Of a DNA stretch of 47,036 nt, positions 36,197 through 46,701 are shown piece by piece. Origin of the DNA: Basidiobolus meristosporus CBS 931.73 (lineage: Eukaryota; Fungi; Basidiobolomycota); the NCBI GenBank assembly GCA_002104905.1, contig MCFE01000678.1, positions 1 to 47,036 of the forward strand. The letters run 5' to 3'. The position numbers were made by a program, and so were the translations under genes. The first letter of the stretch is position 1. The number at the start of each line of letters is the position of its first letter. The notes beneath the pieces are model-generated. The model saw only the letters and a program-made list of their open reading frames with translations, was not told the DNA's origin and did no database searches.

Positions 36197-38221
36197 TTAC
36201 TGGCAATCGCCATTTCCATTGCCATCTCCATTACCTCCATTACCGTCACCATTACCTCCATCACCGTACATACTAGCTCCGTTATTACCATTACCGTTGC
36301 CGCCACCATTACTCTCGCTGTCATTGTCATTACCACCATTTCCAGAGTCATATGTACCAGCTCCGTTACCACCGCTTTCATCTCCGCCATTACCGTTGCT
36401 ATTGCCATTACCTCCGTTTCCAGAGTCATAGCCACCAGCTTTGTTGCCGCGGTTGCCGTTGCCTCCATTGCCACCGCTATCGTTGCCATTACCTCCGTTT
36501 CCAGAACCATAGCCACCAGCTCCGTTGTCGCCGCTTCCATTACCACCATTACCATTGCCACCGTTGTCATTGCCGTTACCGCCATTTCCAGAGTCATAGG
36601 CACCAGCTCCGTTGCCGCCGTTACCATTTCCACCATTGGCGTTACTACCGTTTCCAGAGCCGTAGGCACCAGCTCCATTGCCACCACTTTCATCTCCGTC
36701 ATTTCCATTACCTCCGTTTCCAGAGTCATAGCCACCAGCTTCGTTGCCGCCGTTGCTATTTCCACCATTGCCGTTTCCGTCTCTATTGCCATTACCTCCG
36801 TTTCCAGAGTCATAGCCACCAGCTCCGTTGCCACCGTTTCCATCTCCACCATTGCCATTGCCGCCGTTTCCAGAGTCATAGCCACCAGCTCCATTACCTC
36901 CGTCGCCATTGCCGCCATTACCATTACCTCCGTTTCCAGAGTCATAGGCACCAGCTCCGTTGCCGCCGTTACCATTTCCACCATTGGCGTTACTACCGTT
37001 TCCAGAGCCGTAGGCACCTGCTCCGTTGCCACCACTTTCATCTCCGCCATTTCCATTACCTCCGTTTCCAGAGTCATAGCCACCAGCTTCGTTTCCTCCA
37101 CCGCCATTGCCATTCACATTTCCATTACCGCCATTGCCATTGCCATTACCTCCGTTTCCAGAGTCATAGCCACCAGCTCCGTTGCCAACGTTTCCATCTC
37201 CACCTCCACCATTGTCGTTACCATCTCCATTGCCGCCGTTTCCAGAGCCACAGGCACCAGCTCCGTTACCTCCGTTGCCATTGCCACCATTGCCATTTCC
37301 TGAGCCACCATTTCCTGAGCCATAGGCACCAGCTCCGTTGCCGCCGTTGCCATTTCCTCCATCACCGTTGCCATCTCCATTGCCACCATTACCATTACCA
37401 CCATTTGCTGAGTTATAGCCACCAGCCCCTTTGCCACCGTTTCCATCTCCGCCATTGCCGTTGCCATTACTGCCACTTCCAGAGTCATAGGCACCAGCTC
37501 CGTTGCCGCCGTTGCCATTTCCTCCATCACCGTTGCCATCTCCATTGCCACCATTACCATTACCACCATTTGCTGAGTTATAGCCACCAGCCCCTTTGCC
37601 ACCGTTTCCATCTCCGCCATTGCCGTTGCCATTACCGCCACTTCCAGAGTCATAGGCACCAGCTCCGTTGCCGCCGTTACCATTTCCACCATCGCCGTTA
37701 CTACCGTTTGCAGAGCCGTAGGCACCAGCTCCGTTGCCGCCGTCTCCATCTCCGCCATTGCCGTTGCCATTACCGCCACTTCCAGAGTCATAGGCACCAG
37801 CTCCGTTGCCGCCGTTGCCATTTCCTCCATTACCGTTGCCATCTCCATTGCCACCATTACCATTACCATCATTTGCTGAGTTATAGCCACCAGCCCCTTT
37901 GCCACCGTTTCCATCTCCGCCATTGCCGTTGCCATTACCGTCACTTCCAGAGTTATAGGCACCAGCTCCGTTGCCGCCGTTGCCATTTCCCCCATTACCG
38001 TTGCCATCTCCATTGCCACCATTGCCATTACCACCGTTTGCAGAGTCGTGGCTACCAGCTTCGTTGCCATCTCCGCCATTGCCGTTGGCACCTCCACTGA
38101 ATACATCTGTGACATCGTAAGCCCCGCCACTCCTAGCCTGCAGTCTTCTATCGAAAGCTGCGGCGTTGATTGCTGCCAAACCAGAGAGGAAGCACAAGAT
38201 TCTAGGAGCGGAGAATTTCAT
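36197..38221 (-). CDS. Secreted Gly/Asn-rich repeat protein with periodic Tyr, 674 aa, function unknown
   Basis: Single uninterrupted ATG ORF. Signal-peptide-like MKFSAPRILCFLSGLAAINAAA, then DRRLQAR. About 24 units around G[NK]GAG[AG]Y[DGN]S[GA]NGGNG. TATA-like element upstream. Confidence 0.88.
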   Translation of the reverse strand: MKFSAPRILCFLSGLAAINAAAFDRRLQARSGGAYDVTDVFSGGANGNGGDGNEAGSHDSANGGNGNGGNGDGNGNGGNGNGGNGAGAYNSGSDGNGNGNGGDGNGGKGAGGYNSANDGNGNGGNGDGNGNGGNGNGGNGAGAYDSGSGGNGNGNGGDGDGGNGAGAYGSANGSNGDGGNGNGGNGAGAYDSGSGGNGNGNGGDGNGGKGAGGYNSANGGNGNGGNGDGNGDGGNGNGGNGAGAYDSGSGSNGNGNGGDGNGGKGAGGYNSANGGNGNGGNGDGNGDGGNGNGGNGAGAYGSGNGGSGNGNGGNGNGGNGAGACGSGNGGNGDGNDNGGGGDGNVGNGAGGYDSGNGGNGNGNGGNGNVNGNGGGGNEAGGYDSGNGGNGNGGDESGGNGAGAYGSGNGSNANGGNGNGGNGAGAYDSGNGGNGNGGNGDGGNGAGGYDSGNGGNGNGGDGNGGNGAGGYDSGNGGNGNRDGNGNGGNSNGGNEAGGYDSGNGGNGNDGDESGGNGAGAYGSGNGSNANGGNGNGGNGAGAYDSGNGGNGNDNGGNGNGGNGSGDNGAGGYGSGNGGNGNDSGGNGGNGNRGNKAGGYDSGNGGNGNSNGNGGDESGGNGAGTYDSGNGGNDNDSESNGGGNGNGNNGASMYGDGGNGDGNGGNGDGNGNGDCQ

Positions 38222-38282
38222 TCTAATGTAAAAGGAGATATACTACTGAGTGAGATGTCTTGATTTTACCAACTGGAGTGCC

Positions 38283-38292
38283 TATTTATAAT
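38283..38292 (-). promoter_or_regulatory. TATA box candidate for the G/N-rich gene
   Basis: Minus strand reads TATAAATAG about 65 nt upstream of the ATG at 38221. Confidence 0.6.
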
Positions 38293-39412
38293 ATAGCGCC
38301 CCTTGGCAATTACTCCTTACCCCACACACCATCTTGGTAAGCGAGGTGTCAGCCATCATATCCAACCAGTATATCTCCTAATCTTGCCTTACCTCCCCTT
38401 CCCCTCAATTGTTCTATCTGCAAATTGGGTAAACGAAACCTTCCTTCCCCACATTTGGCATTTCAGGACAACAAACACACATCTGACATTATCCACTGCT
38501 GCACGTATAGTGCCACCCCCCCCCCTCACTTTGGCCAACACATCTTCTAGTGATATGGAACAGTCAACTATGGCATATTGACTGATCTTGTATTTCTTGT
38601 GCAATTTCAAAAGCAGCATTGTCTCGGTCCGGACAATCAAATGGGCAGTATCCCCTACTTATAGTGATAGTAGCCTGAAGAACACATCCCGTTTCAGTTG
38701 GATATCATATGCATGCTCAAGATGACATATGTAATACAAAGTTGCCAATTAGCAACGACACAAGCATGCTTAGGTAACGCTAGCAGTATGAGTAAACCCT
38801 ACCCTCCCAACCAGCATGGTACATGCTGAAGTAAAAGAGACAATACAATGCTCAATGAACAAGCAAATCACCATGTTAAATGTGTACTTGCGCAAAGGAA
38901 CAGGATGAATGCATGATTTGAGCCAAGTTTCACCTTTGGTTCAACCGAGTTGCTGATATGCGATGCAGTGAGACATATATGAGTGACTTCGAGATGAGCA
39001 ATCTTTACCACTTTTGACTTGTGTGTGTTTGAGCAACGGTAATCAAGGGTAGACTGCAAAACATGCCTTGTAACACATTACTTATTTGAAAACCCATCCT
39101 GGAGTTAGAGAAACATTGGGCTGATTCCAACAAGTCTTTCAAGACTGTCTGAGCCAAGGTGCAGGTAATATCAGTATTGTCAGGTTTAACATAGACCTTC
39201 CACAATGCTGAAGTTAGAGGAAATTTGTATACTTAGATTGCGGCAGTGATCAAATATTTTGAGTACAGCATTGTGCTTAGCCCCCATACAAGTGTGTCAA
39301 TGACTTAACATAGATCATCCCTGGCTCTGGATTACTATGGCAATTATATGTCTTGCCTTATACTTCTATGCCTCTGAACTCTGCTTAGCTAGTTGCTATA
39401 TTTTGATTTATT

Positions 39413-39735
39413 TGTTGTAAATTTTGAAATGACACCTGAATATTCAGCCAACTTTATCACTTAGATCATTGTCAACAAATCTTATAGATTCTGGCAAAAA
39501 TCCTTGCTGGCATTTACTTGAAATATTACCACCAAAACATTGGGTATCCAGAACATGAAAAGCTGTAGCAACAGCCCCAAATTGTGGACATATGCTCTTG
39601 GAACCTTCCTAAGGTCTTGCCAAGATCATACAAAAGTGCAAGCACTGCTTTTGCATTCAGCAATTGATTTGGTTAAAGCTGCATAACATCCTTGTACTCC
39701 AATTTACTTCCAATTTCTCCAAAACACATACAACA
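39413..39735 (+). repeat. Copia E solo LTR
   Basis: TGTTGTAA...TACAACA, colinear with the reverse complement of 34911-35259. Flanks TTATT/TTAAT (5-bp TSD, one mismatch). Confidence 0.75.
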
Positions 39736-39987
39736 TTAATTACCAGGCTCAGTGGAGCTGTAGTACATTATGTTCAGTCTCCAAATATAGGGTCAAACAA
39801 GTGGACAGTATTGTAGAAGCTTGTGTATTTTGAGTTTCTCTCAAACAAATACCTGCAATATCCAAGGCAGACCATAAGCCTTATATTAATTTCATATGAA
39901 ATTTAGATGGCAATACATCTGGTTAATTGGGAGTAGGACAAATTGCTGCAAGTAGCTTTATGCTGCCAAAGACTTACTGATATGTAC

Positions 39988-40830
39988 TGCTGTGAGAGTC
40001 TTGGAGATATTGGAAATGATTGGGGGAACAAGAAGATATATGGTTCTCACCAAACAATCTGTTGGATGCAAAAGTAGTACCAGCACATGCAGAGTATGCT
40101 GAGAAAGGTCTCACATGCACATGTGGAGAGTTAGGGGCTGTTTGGACAGCTCTGAGCTTTTTCATGCTCTGGGTACCTGATACTTTAGTGAGAATACTTA
40201 AGGTAAATCCCAACAAGGAACTTGGACAGAATTCTCTAAGATTTGTAGATGATGATCTAAATGACTAGGTTAGGTAATTATTTTGGTGTATTTACAAAAT
40301 TTGCAACACTCTGGAGCTGCCTCTTTACATCCTAAGGTCATATTTCTTTCCATATGACAATATTGTAAAGGCCTCTTTGCTGTGGCATCATCGGCATCTT
40401 CACCTTCCGGACAAAATCCCATGTTCTGGGTACCTGATGTTTTGGTGAAAACATTCCCAGTAATTCCCAACAAGGAATTTGCTCAGAATTCTCCAAGATT
40501 TGTAGGAAATGATCAAAGTGACTAAGTTAGGTGAGTATTTAGGTGGAATTACGAATTTTTACAATAGGGACAAGTAGATAATGTGGTTTTCAGTTGATGA
40601 TTGTTTGAATGTAAAAGTGGTTTTCGTACTTTTACACAGCCTTGGCAAAACAAGCCTGTATAATCTGTTGAGGAAGGTCCCAAAAGCATGTGTGCAGACT
40701 TTGGGGGCCATTGGACAACTTTGAGATTTATCATGTTCTTGGTACCTGATATTTTGGCAAAATATTTGAAGTAAATGCCAACAAGGAGCTTGGACAAAGC
40801 ATGATATGTGGAAACTCTGGAGACCACTGG
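39988..40830 (-). repeat. Cluster of copia E LTR copies and fragments (39988-40308, ~40420-40566, ~40567-40800) and a gag-start relic (~40340-40415)
   Basis: Recurrent tgttctgggtacctg, cccaacaaggaa, aatgatc.aagtgact and ggaaggtccca blocks shared with 34911-35259. The sequence aaaggcctctt...tcttcaccttcc matches 34768-34808. Confidence 0.8.
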
Positions 40831-40864
40831 GGGGACTCTGAATGTCTAGGAAAGCTGTCCCTAC

Positions 40865-40985
40865 GTTTAGGCCGGATTTAAAGCATACAGATATTAAGCA
40901 CCATTGTGTTAGAGAGACTACTTGGCAACAACGTTTCACTTCCCTGAATTGTACAACTGAAGGGATGAATGCTGAGACTCACCCG
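40865..40985 (+). pseudogene. Copia RNase H C-terminal relic
   Basis: LKHTDIKHHCVRE...LNCTTEGMNAE resembles KHIDIKYHFVRE...YCxTExMxAD. Confidence 0.6.
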
Positions 40986-41510
40986 ACAAATATTGGGTGC
41001 GGAGGAACGGAGCAGTTTAGGATCTTGAACAACATGTTGGAATTGAGTTCGATGAACCAAATTAATCGTCAACAACCTAGCAATTGGTGAACCACCAACC
41101 AGTGTAAATCACTTGAATGCTCGACCAACCAATCCCAACCAATTCCAACCAAACCACACGTTCCCAAATCATCCTGCTGCAGAAATGCCGTTCAGCAAGC
41201 ATCCTGACAACGGCCAAGAGATCCATACATTTGGATGGGAAGGGTTACGACCCTGACCGCGCCGAAATCTCGACCATTCTTTTATGTGAGCCTTTCCTTG
41301 GTGGGTGTCGTCACTGAAAATGGAATCCGGCCTAGTAAACAACCGTGCATCCGACCCACATTTGGCGGTGCGTCACTGGCAGAATCGTGCCCCAAAACAG
41401 GCCAATCACCGGATGACACCAAGAAGCCCTACCACACCAACCATCATAAGGGTCGGTAGAGGGCAGACCGACCGGCAACCCAAAGTTACCGTGGATAGTA
41501 ACGTTCCCCC

Positions 41511-43243
41511 ATGTTGGTGAAGTCTTTGTTAGCCTCTCTGGCGCTGTACTCCTCCGCTTTTCTGCAGGCCAGCGCCCTGTACAGCTCGCGTGACGACGTG
41601 GTCGCCATCACGGAGAAGAACTTCAGAAAGGAAGTGTTGGAAACTGAGGTAACCAAAACGGAGCGGCGTGGAGTCCCCGCTCCCCCCCCCCCTTTGACCA
41701 CGGCTCGACTAACTCCCCGTAACCTCTGGTTATTTAGCAAGTGGTCTTGATGGAGTTCTTCGCCCCCTGGTGCGGCTACTGCCAGAAGTAGGCTCCCTTA
41801 CACACAGACTTTTACGTTTCGAGGGGTAGTTCACTAACGCACCCACCTTTTCAGACTTGTTCCCGACTACAAGAAAGTCGCCCAGAACCTTAAGGGACTG
41901 GTGAAAGTGGCGGCGGTCGATTGCGACGACGAGCAGAACAAGCCCATCTGCGCCACCTACGGGATCCAAGGTACCTATTCGACAGTCAGAGACCTCGGGG
42001 TTGGATGGTTGCTCACCAAACGGGGATGGTTTTTTAGGGTTCCCCACGATCAAGCTGTTCCCGAGCGAGTTGAAGCTCGACGCGAAGCATCCCAACAAGG
42101 CCACCAAGCTACCCATAGGTAGGTGGGTTCATGCGAGGTGGAGGCTCGTCAGTTCTCTAACCGGGTTCACGTAGATTACACCGGTCCTAGAAGCGCCAAA
42201 GCCATGGTCGATTTCGCGGTCTCGAAAATCCCCTCCTACGTGCAGACGGTCAGCTCGGACGCATCCAAGAAGAAGGCCCTCACCATGGAGGAGTTTTTGG
42301 CTCAAGGCGGGGTGAGTGATGCTCCTCTGTAACCCCCTCCCCCGGCCCCAGTCGGACTAACCCCGGATCTCTAGGAGGACTCCCCCAAAGCCATCCTGTT
42401 CACCAACAAAGATAAGACCACCACCCTCTACAAGGCGCTGTCGGTCGACTACCACAACCGCATCACCCTGGGTCAGGTGAAGAACACCGAGAGTGAAATC
42501 GTCCAACGCTACAACGTGGAGAAATTCCCGACCCTGCTCGTCTTCCCCAAGGGAGCCCAGAGCGAGCCTGTTGTCTACGACGGTACGGTGAACCAGTTCC
42601 CATGCTGAACACCCCCTCGCGAGACTCATTGTTCCTGTTGATGTTAGGGGCCTTGAAACACGCGGCGTTATTCGAGTTCATGGGACAATATGCGCCATCG
42701 AAAGCCAGCCAGAAATCCCGCCCCAACCCACCGGAAACCAAACCCTGTAAGTGGACTCGCCTGTGACTTGTCTACTGGTCGGTCGGTAGCTAATCCATTC
42801 TAGTCAACCCTGAGATCGTCAAGATCGAGAGCCAAGCCCAGCTCGAGCAGGAGTGTCTGTCGAAGGGAGGATTCTGCGCGATCAGCTTCCTCTCGGTGGA
42901 GCCGGAGTATCCCGAAAGTGTGGCCGAGTTCGAGAGCAACCTCGCGCTGCTGAGGAAGGTCAAGAAGGCCCAGCACGACAAGAACCAGGCCATCCATTTC
43001 GTGTGGGTGAACGCACTCGAGAAGCCACAGCTGATGAAGGATCTCGATCTCTCCAGCGACATTCCCAACATGGTGGTGGTCAAACATTCGAAGCGGGCGT
43101 ACAGACCGTTCATTGGTGGGTTTGACGAGGGGTCCCTCGATGCTTATTTGTCTGAAACCGCCCAAGGGAAGGGCCGCTTCTTCTCGTACAACCTGGAGCC
43201 ACAGTTGGAAACCCGGAAGCTGGATATTAAGGACGAGCTTTGA
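41511..43243 (+). CDS. ER protein disulfide isomerase family protein (Mpd1/PDIA6-like). Exons 41511-41648, 41738-41787, 41855-41970, 42038-42118, 42175-42311, 42375-42582, 42648-42746, 42804-43243
   Basis: GT-AG introns splice into one frame. Signal peptide, FFAPWCGYCQKL, VAAVDCD, GFPTIKLF, DYTGPRSA, PKAILFTNK...LYKALS, C-terminal KDEL. Confidence 0.93.
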
Positions 43244-43292
43244 GACGGGCGGTTGTTGAAGAGAAATAAAGTTGGAAAGCAAAGAGAGAGGA

Positions 43293-44030
43293 CTATTTTA
43301 TTTGAGCGTAGTTTGATAGGGTGTGCAGCAAGGAGGAGACGGAGGTGGTTTCGGGGGGACTCGACTTGGTGGGCTTGCATTCTTGGGAGGCGTAGTACTT
43401 GCGCCAGTAGTTGTGGGAGGATTCAAACCGTCGACGTTGCAGCAGATCTTGATACTGGGTACCCTTCAGTTCCTGTCGGTTCCAGTAATGGCCCAGGCAT
43501 TGCAGCCAATGGATGAACTCCTTCTCGCTTACAAACAGGTCGAAATCCAGGAAGCTCAGGAACTCCAGCTCCATGGAGTTCAACTCCCGCACCGGGATTC
43601 TGGTGACCTCGGCCCAGGTCTTGTTGGTGTAGGTGGAATCGTCCAGAAACTTGCTGGCCAGGATCAATGCCACGGTGAAGATTCTATATTCGGAGGTACG
43701 ATTTCCGCCTGCGGATGGACAGTAACTCTTGAGCCGATGGATGTATTGGAGGGCGGTCAATATGGTGGTGGACGACATTTCCGTGGTGAATATGAGCGCG
43801 CTGCAGAACGCCTTCAGGTCGGTACTGGCTGTGGAGGAATACGAACTCAGCTGGGTGTTCCACATGTAGTTGACCATGTTCGCGGCGAACTCGGCCAGAC
43901 GACAGGTGCTGATGTCTGGGAGGAATTTCGTGATCCTCTGACGTACGAGGGACTCGTGTTGTTGTGTGGATTTGTTGAACACGCAATAGTCTTTCTCTAC
44001 TGGGTGGTGGGTCAGATAACTACTCCTCAT
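43293..44030 (-). CDS. Pho80/Pcl-family cyclin, 245 aa
   Basis: LAEFAANMV...ILTALQYIHRL...YRIFTVALILASKFLDDSTYTNKTWAEVT...ELNSMELEFLSFLDFDL. The N-terminal start is uncertain. Confidence 0.92.
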   Translation of the reverse strand: MRSSYLTHHPVEKDYCVFNKSTQQHESLVRQRITKFLPDISTCRLAEFAANMVNYMWNTQLSSYSSTASTDLKAFCSALIFTTEMSSTTILTALQYIHRLKSYCPSAGGNRTSEYRIFTVALILASKFLDDSTYTNKTWAEVTRIPVRELNSMELEFLSFLDFDLFVSEKEFIHWLQCLGHYWNRQELKGTQYQDLLQRRRFESSHNYWRKYYASQECKPTKSSPPETTSVSSLLHTLSNYAQIK

Positions 44031-44405
44031 GGGTAAAGTGAAGTACAGTGGCGAGGAATGTAGGGACAGGTGGTGGTGTGAACGGTGAGTTGCCGGGGGG
44101 AAATAACTGATGGCATATATATTGCCTTGGTCAGGTAATGGAAAGCATTCCAGGCTTTGGAGTAACCAAGAAATACCCGGTTCAAAGCCGGTTTTGACTG
44201 ATTGCGATCATCAATTAGCATCCTGTCACATTCCAGGACTGTTTACCCACCCCCCATGCAGTCAACCTTCACCACACAAGCAATATCTGATGAAAATCAT
44301 TGGGATTCGCAAAAACCATGGTATTTGTTATGTACGTTTAATGTCATGTTGAAAATCTGCATTATTGGGGTTGAATGGAATGTTAGCAATGTGTAGTCTG
44401 TTGGC

Positions 44406-46047
44406 TTAACAATGAATGGGCTGGTCGTAAACCGCCATACAAGCCTCCTTGAATGCCTCACTCAAGGTAGGGTGGGCGTGGCAAGTACGGGCAACATCCT
44501 CGGAAGAGGCTCCGTATTCCATAGCAAGTACAGCTTCAGCAATCATTTCACCAGCGTTAGGGCCGATGATGTGAGCACCGAGGATACGGTCAGTTTCGGC
44601 ATCGGAAAGGATCTTGATCATACCGTCGGCATCGTCGTTGGTCTTGGCACGGGAGTTGGCAGAGAAGGGGAATGAGCCAACCTTGTACGTGACGCCCTCC
44701 TTCTTCAATTGCTCCTCGTTCTTACCGCACCAGGCAACTTCGGGGTGGGTGTAGACGACGGAAGGAATAACATCATAGTTGACATGGCCATGTCCACCGG
44801 CGATGTATTCCACAGCGGCAATACCTTCTTCCTCGGCCTTGTGAGCCAACATGGCACCGTAAGTAGCATCACCGATGCATTTGATGTGATTCAAGTTGGT
44901 CTTGAACTCTTTGTCGATCTTGACGCGACCTCTCTCGTCCAACTCGACACCAATGTTCTCCAAACCGAGGCCTTCGGTGTAGGGACGACGGCCGATAGAC
45001 AGAAGGACAACGTCGGCTTCGAGAGACTCGGGCTTACCACCCTTGGCTGCCTCAACGTTGACAATCACTTTGCCGTCCTTCTTCTCGGTGTTCAAGACCT
45101 TGGTGTTCAACTTGAATTTGAACCCTTGCTTGCTCAAGGTCTTTTGGAAGGCTTTGGCAATCTCAGCGTCCATACCACCTCCGATGGCACCCAAGTACTC
45201 CACCACAGTGACGTCAGCACCAAGGCGGCTCCAGACTGAGCCCATTTCGAGGCCGATAACGCCGCCACCAATGACGATCATCTTCTCGGGGACCTTGTCC
45301 ATGGAGAGAGCACCGGTGGAGGTAACAATTTGCTTCTCGTCAACCTCGATGCCGGGGAAAGGAGAGGGCTCGGAACCGGTAGCAATGATGATATTCTTGG
45401 CCTTGAGAGTCTCGGTCTTGCCGTCCAAAGTGGCGACCTCAATCTCGTGGGGGGAAAGGAATTTTCCAGTGCCCTTCACGTAATCCACCTTGTTCTTCTT
45501 GAACAAGAACTCGATTCCCTTGGTCAATCCGGTGACCGACTTCTCCTTGGCTTTCATCATGGTATCAAGGTTGAGCTTGACGCCCTCCACCTCGATACCG
45601 CGCTTCTTGAGATCGTGTTGGGTTTGGTGGTAGATATGGGAGTTGTTCAAAAGAGCCTTGGAGGGGATGCAGCCAACGTTCAAACAGGTACCTCCCAAGG
45701 AGCCACGCTTTTCGATACAGGCGGTCTTGAGTCCAAGTTGAGCAGCCTTGATGGCGGCGACATAACCGCCGGGACCACCACCAATAACAACAACGTCATG
45801 CTCCTCTAAAAAGTTGCCACATGTTAGTGCATCACAACAATCAGCGCAACCAAGTGGAAAACAAGCCTTACCTTGAGTGCTGTAGAGACGACGGGCTGAG
45901 CCAAGGAAGACAGGGGCCCTCAAAGTGGCACTTCTAGTTTGGACCTGTTGGGGAAGAAGGTACAGTTAGCCCTGAACAGGATAGATATATAGGTTCAGGA
46001 AGACGTACAGCAAGCAGGGAGCTCTTATTAGCGACGAGCCTGAACAT
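44406..46047 (-). CDS. LPD1: Mitochondrial dihydrolipoamide dehydrogenase (E3), 503 aa. Exons 46047-46009, 45944-45872, 45805-44406
   Basis: [34 protein letters not shown]. Two GT-AG introns (64 and 66 nt) with ctaac branch sites. Presequence-like [36 protein letters not shown]. Confidence 0.97.
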
Positions 46048-46701
46048 GATAATTCAACAGAGAGAGGATAAGAATAAGGATAAGATTGAGATTACTTGAC
46101 GTAGGAGTTTTATTCTTTTTCCCTAGGGAATTCGAGGGTAGTGTGTATGTCAGCAATGCGATGAATTCTTTCTCCTCAATCCGGAGGATCCCCAAAAATT
46201 TAATATCGATTTCGGGGGGCGGGGAAGCGAATGATAGGGAGTGCCATATATGGCCCAGGAAATTTCCCACTTGGCCTCGGAAACGACTCACATCTCGATG
46301 ATTTCCCTCATCTCGACAATTTCCTAGAGTTTCCCACTCTCCCACCACCCATATCAAGTTACCCACACTGGTGGCTTAAAATGAGGATTTTCAATGGGGG
46401 GGGGGGGAGGAAGGCGAGTCATTGAGGGCGCCCCTTTTTACACATCAATTTCAAATCAATCAATGCTAATAGGAATCGGGAAAGGCCCGGATAAACCATT
46501 CTAATGTACCTGATCCCAAACGCTCAGATCAAACCCTCCGCAGGGTAGTCAATGCGAGAAAACGCGTTTTGTTAACATGATTTCGAAATCCAGGATACTA
46601 TGATGTGACGACTGCTCATCAGGTCACCAGCCCAGCTAGAAAATTTTGAAAAATCTCGTGTTCACCTTCTATCGGTACCTTCCACCCAAAACTTAGGCAC
46701 C

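Noticed and set aside
36200-38100. Regular short repeats suggesting a CRISPR array or telomeric tract
   Set aside because: There are no constant repeats with unique spacers and no cas genes; the periodicity is codon-based, in a eukaryotic context.
36164-38130. Long alternative-frame ORFs over the G/N-rich gene (379, 307, 582 and 338 aa; His/Arg/Cys-, Met/Ala/Thr- and Ile/Thr/Ser-rich)
   Set aside because: They are shadows of a stop-poor GGN/AAY repeat. Only the 674-aa frame has a signal peptide, a TATA box and full-length continuity.
41130-41400. CCAAT-like runs and TGACG half-sites upstream of the PDI gene as a UPR element
   Set aside because: Short motifs expected by chance; no full recognisable element.
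44027-44221. Upstream ORF overlapping the cyclin start, as a PCL5-like uORF
   Set aside because: It starts at TTG in the track, and the transcript start is unknown.
43323-45809. Antisense ORFs over the cyclin (237 aa) and LPD1 (146-176 aa)
   Set aside because: Expected from GC3-rich codon usage of the real genes; no motifs.
44406-45923. ORF-track LPD1 starting at TTG 45923 with a Cys-rich N-terminus
   Set aside because: It reads through intron 2 and misses exon 1; the spliced model starts at ATG 46047.
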